64,000 nt of DNA from Perkinsela sp. CCAP 1560/9 (lineage: Eukaryota; Protista; Euglenozoa: Kinetoplastea): positions 310,001 through 374,000 of the forward strand of contig CBFFSA010000008.1 of assembly GCA_965644495.1 (NCBI GenBank), given 5' to 3'. This document shows, piece after piece, positions 61,159 to 64,000 of this stretch. The translations under genes were made by a program, and so were the position numbers. Every line of letters starts with the position of its first letter. The stretch's first letter is position 1. Below the pieces are notes generated by a model. That model was not told the origin of the DNA. It did no database searches and saw only the letters and a list, made by a program, of their open reading frames with translations.

Positions 61159-61584
61159 TTACTGTTTTTTTTTTGAAGGATTGGAAGTTCTTTTTGAAGT
61201 AACATACAGTGTTCTCCCATCAGAAAGAGTTGTACCAGTCAGTTTTTGTGCCTGTTCAGCGAATCCAACCGTGCTAAATTCAATAAAACCAGATCCCTTA
61301 GGTGTGCCATCCGATTGAAGCAATCTGCGAAATTTCGTAATCTCATCGGACAGAGGACCAAAACAAGATTTTATGTGCTCCGAAGCACAATTCGATGTAA
61401 ATCCAGCGAAGAATACGCTTTGATTATTTATGAATTCAAGCTTGGGTTCCACTACCATGGCCTTGTGTCCAGTGGACTGGATGTGGCGTAACGTAAGCTC
61501 TTCTTCAAGCAAGTGTATTTCTTGTTTGAGACGTTCTATTTCTTGTCGAAGCGTTGAACTGTCCACTAAATCATTTATACTCAT
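61159..61584 (-). CDS. Single-RRM protein, nuclear poly(A)-binding protein (PABPN1/Sgn1)-like
   Basis: N-terminal coiled coil, RNP1 KGSGFIEF, GRTLYVTSKRTSNP. Confidence 0.7.
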   Translation of the reverse strand: MSINDLVDSSTLRQEIERLKQEIHLLEEELTLRHIQSTGHKAMVVEPKLEFINNQSVFFAGFTSNCASEHIKSCFGPLSDEITKFRRLLQSDGTPKGSGFIEFSTVGFAEQAQKLTGTTLSDGRTLYVTSKRTSNPSKKKQ

Positions 61585-62466
61585 TGTAGACTGTAGCGAA
61601 ACGTATAAGACATGAAAATTATTATGCGAATGCTCGTACTACCGTTTCTCCGATTATAATAATTAGCAGATATTTTTGCGCGGAAATTATTCCGTTATTG
61701 TATTCTTTTCCGTTAATGGTTATTCCAATGTGTTTTACCAAGGTTTTACTTGCCATTAAAAAACACAAATATGATACTTAGAGAAATCAAATTAGTATTC
61801 TTACAAAGTTTTTTTTGGCCATTTTTTTTTACAAGTAGTAGTTTTTTAGTAAGGTTACAAGTAATTTATTTTTTACAAGGTTAGTATTTCCCTATTACGC
61901 ACTATTTAGTCTGCACGCAATTTAGATTAAAAACTACTTCTTTACGTCCTGTTATGTTTTTCACATTTTTAGTCCCACCTCATGGTTCTCCGAGGCAGAA
62001 ACAGATTACGGGCAGGCATGGGACACATACATTCCCAAACCCTCTCATCACTACTGACCCTCTCCCATCTTCACCACACCTCCTTTCCCCCCCACACCGC
62101 AGTAACCACTAGTCCGCTCTCCCTCCCCTGTGCACCACAGTAACCCCACTTTCTCTTTCTCCTCCACAATAACCATCAACGACTTCATTGATGCTCTTCA
62201 ATCATCATGCTTTATTGTATCCATGTCATGTCCGCAGCAATTTCCCGGAGAAAACACGTGTGGACTTCATGTAGCAAACAACATGTATTGTGCTTTGTTT
62301 CCTTATCTGGGTAGAGGTTACAAAGTGTTTCTATTTTGGCTGCGCCCAGCGACGCATACCCCCTAGTAATTTGTCATCCGCCCTACGCCCCTAGTTATTT
62401 GTCACTGTTCTTCAAAAAAAAAATGCAAAGATTTCTGTTATAATAATTATTGACTGCCCCTATGGA

Positions 62467-62703
62467 TTAAACGCGATTAAATATTCTGATGCTCCACCTG
62501 ATAAAAAATATCTTGTGTTTTTCCTTGGTTTCTTCGAAAAAATCATATTTTCGATGCCATGGTGGTCTATTTGACGACAGATGTTCTTGAGCTGGTACCC
62601 ACCCGGTCGCTGAATCATAAAAGCTACCGTAATTAAGCTTTAAGGTATCTACGGAAAATGATTCTAACTGTACCACGGCAATCCCTTGGGTTCGCATCAG
62701 CAT
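62467..62703 (-). CDS. Hypothetical small protein
   Basis: 78-aa ORF directly downstream of ACR2. Confidence 0.3.
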   Translation of the reverse strand: MLMRTQGIAVVQLESFSVDTLKLNYGSFYDSATGWVPAQEHLSSNRPPWHRKYDFFEETKEKHKIFFIRWSIRIFNRV

Positions 62704-62730
62704 ACTTTTTGTCAGGGTATCATGGCGAAA

Positions 62731-63168
62731 TCATGGTGCTTGCGTGGAAACTAACGTTGGATACATCTGATAAAACATTTGAAAGCCACCTGAAAGCACT
62801 GATACGCTCGCAGTATCTTTTTCTGGAATGTTGATTTCCCTCATTACATCTACACAAAGGGCAGCTGCTGCGGGACCACGCTGTTGACTGAACATACAGT
62901 GAAAAACAAGGGTACATTTGGAAATATTGGCCTCGTCGCGTAGAGTTTGCTTCTCAAAAAGACGTCTACGATCAGAAAACAATGTGTGGAGGAATTCCTG
63001 CATTTTTAAGCGGCATAATGATTTTGAAGGCAGATGCAAACTCTGCGGTATGTATCCCTCTGCCCGGTCCTCATCGCGCACATCTACAACAATTACTTCT
63101 TTCCGAAAAAGAGCCCCGCCCTTTATCACAGTGGCAAGCTCTGCGCTAGTTATTTTTCGTACGGACAT
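62731..63168 (-). CDS. ACR2: Cdc25/rhodanese-like arsenate reductase-phosphatase (ACR2)
   Basis: VVDVRDEDR..GYI, VFHCMFSQQRGP (HCX5R), VLSGGF. Confidence 0.88.
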   Translation of the reverse strand: MSVRKITSAELATVIKGGALFRKEVIVVDVRDEDRAEGYIPQSLHLPSKSLCRLKMQEFLHTLFSDRRRLFEKQTLRDEANISKCTLVFHCMFSQQRGPAAAALCVDVMREINIPEKDTASVSVLSGGFQMFYQMYPTLVSTQAP

Positions 63169-63338
63169 GTTCATAAGAAATATTGGGTTTTGTAAACAAC
63201 AATTTTGTTGTACTACTTCTGGTATATTACATGCAGTATGAATATACAGTACTACAGTACGAATTTCAAAACGCAACCTACCATATCCCGTGACGGAAAC
63301 GTTCTGAGAAAATAGAGAACTGAAGAAGCGAAAAAGCG

Positions 63339-63519
63339 GAAACAAATACTGTTCTCTTATTAAGCTTTTCTCCACTATTGTTCACCCTGGTTTGTTTGAA
63401 ACAAATATTATTCTCTTATTAAGCTTTTCTCCACTATTGTTCACCCTGGTTTGTTTGAAACAAATATTATTCTCTTATTAAGCTTTTCTCCACTATTGTT
63501 CACCCTGGTTTGTTCGAAA
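63339..63519. repeat. 59-bp tandem repeat, 3 copies
   Basis: GAAACAAATA(T/C)T(A/G)TTCTCTTATTAAGCTTTTCTCCACTATTGTTCACCCTGGTTTGTT at 63339, 63398, 63457. Confidence 0.95.
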
Positions 63520-64000
63520 AGTGGATTTTCAAAATCGACATGAATTTTTCTTAATTTATTTATCTTATTTTTCGAATAATGTAGTTCATGACACAAGCAC
63601 ATACATTAGGAAAATAGATATTTCAGGTTACATTATCATTTCAGGTTCACTCAAACCCCTTTTCAAACATCTCCCTCTGTTACCCGCTTCACTGGTCTGG
63701 ACTGGTGACCCGCAAACGTGACGTTGAGGGGGCTTTCATTAAAACGGTATCGATGCTTCAAACTTCGACCCCATCTCTCTTGTATTTAATGGCTATGCAC
63801 GGCGATTTTCGGCAAAGGGCACAACCCGTCGAAATACTTATCCTTATAAAATTAATTAAGAAAAGACGCAGTACAGTGTAGTCTACTCGCAATTAATTTC
63901 TGATGTCTGTGCTTTTGCAGTAGGCAAAGACAGTTGTATTGGCCTTCCAAACATGAAAATGTTTTGCCCCAAAATTGTCAGCCATACTATCGTCGGCTAT

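Noticed and set aside
63339-63519. 59-bp repeats (and the 8818-8977 pair) as a CRISPR array
   Set aside because: Tandem units without unique spacers, no cas genes, eukaryotic context
1-64000. tRNA, rRNA, snRNA, Fanzor/TnpB
   Set aside because: No recognisable cloverleaf, rRNA, U-snRNA or RuvC motifs by eye; tRNAscan and Rfam searches would be needed to exclude them

Overview
This is intronless, gene-dense eukaryotic DNA with essentially every host gene on the minus strand, i.e. one polycistronic cluster. RESC5 (DDAH-fold RNA-editing factor), a KREN-type RNase III editing endonuclease, an ArgRS with a ~100-aa insertion and a spliced-leader (SL) core sequence identify it as kinetoplastid. Compactness and the LRR family suggest a Perkinsela-like lineage (inference). 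Housekeeping genes include PepN, importin alpha, PPCDC, ARV1, TRM6, uL24m, REX exonuclease, RAD9, NHP2, DRG1, an AAA ATPase, an RsmH-like protein, an IKS1-like kinase, PPP4R2, DUF501, a PABPN1-like RRM and ACR2. A mobile-element island at ~1.3-9 kb holds a truncated CRE/SLACS-type retroelement, a 2.9-kb TA-flanked pogo-like transposon whose transposase appears fused to a Ulp1/SENP protease, two MITEs (one Merlin-like) and an SL-tagged retrocopy. A near-intact Tc1-like element sits at 35.2-36.6 kb and another MITE at 49.4 kb. The most notable points are the pogo-Ulp1 fusion, four intragenic GC islands with C-to-G skew inversion, an RRN3-like protein, the genomic SL relic and a ~270-nt structured RNA candidate at ~61 kb. 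All calls come from motif recognition by eye; no searches were run.
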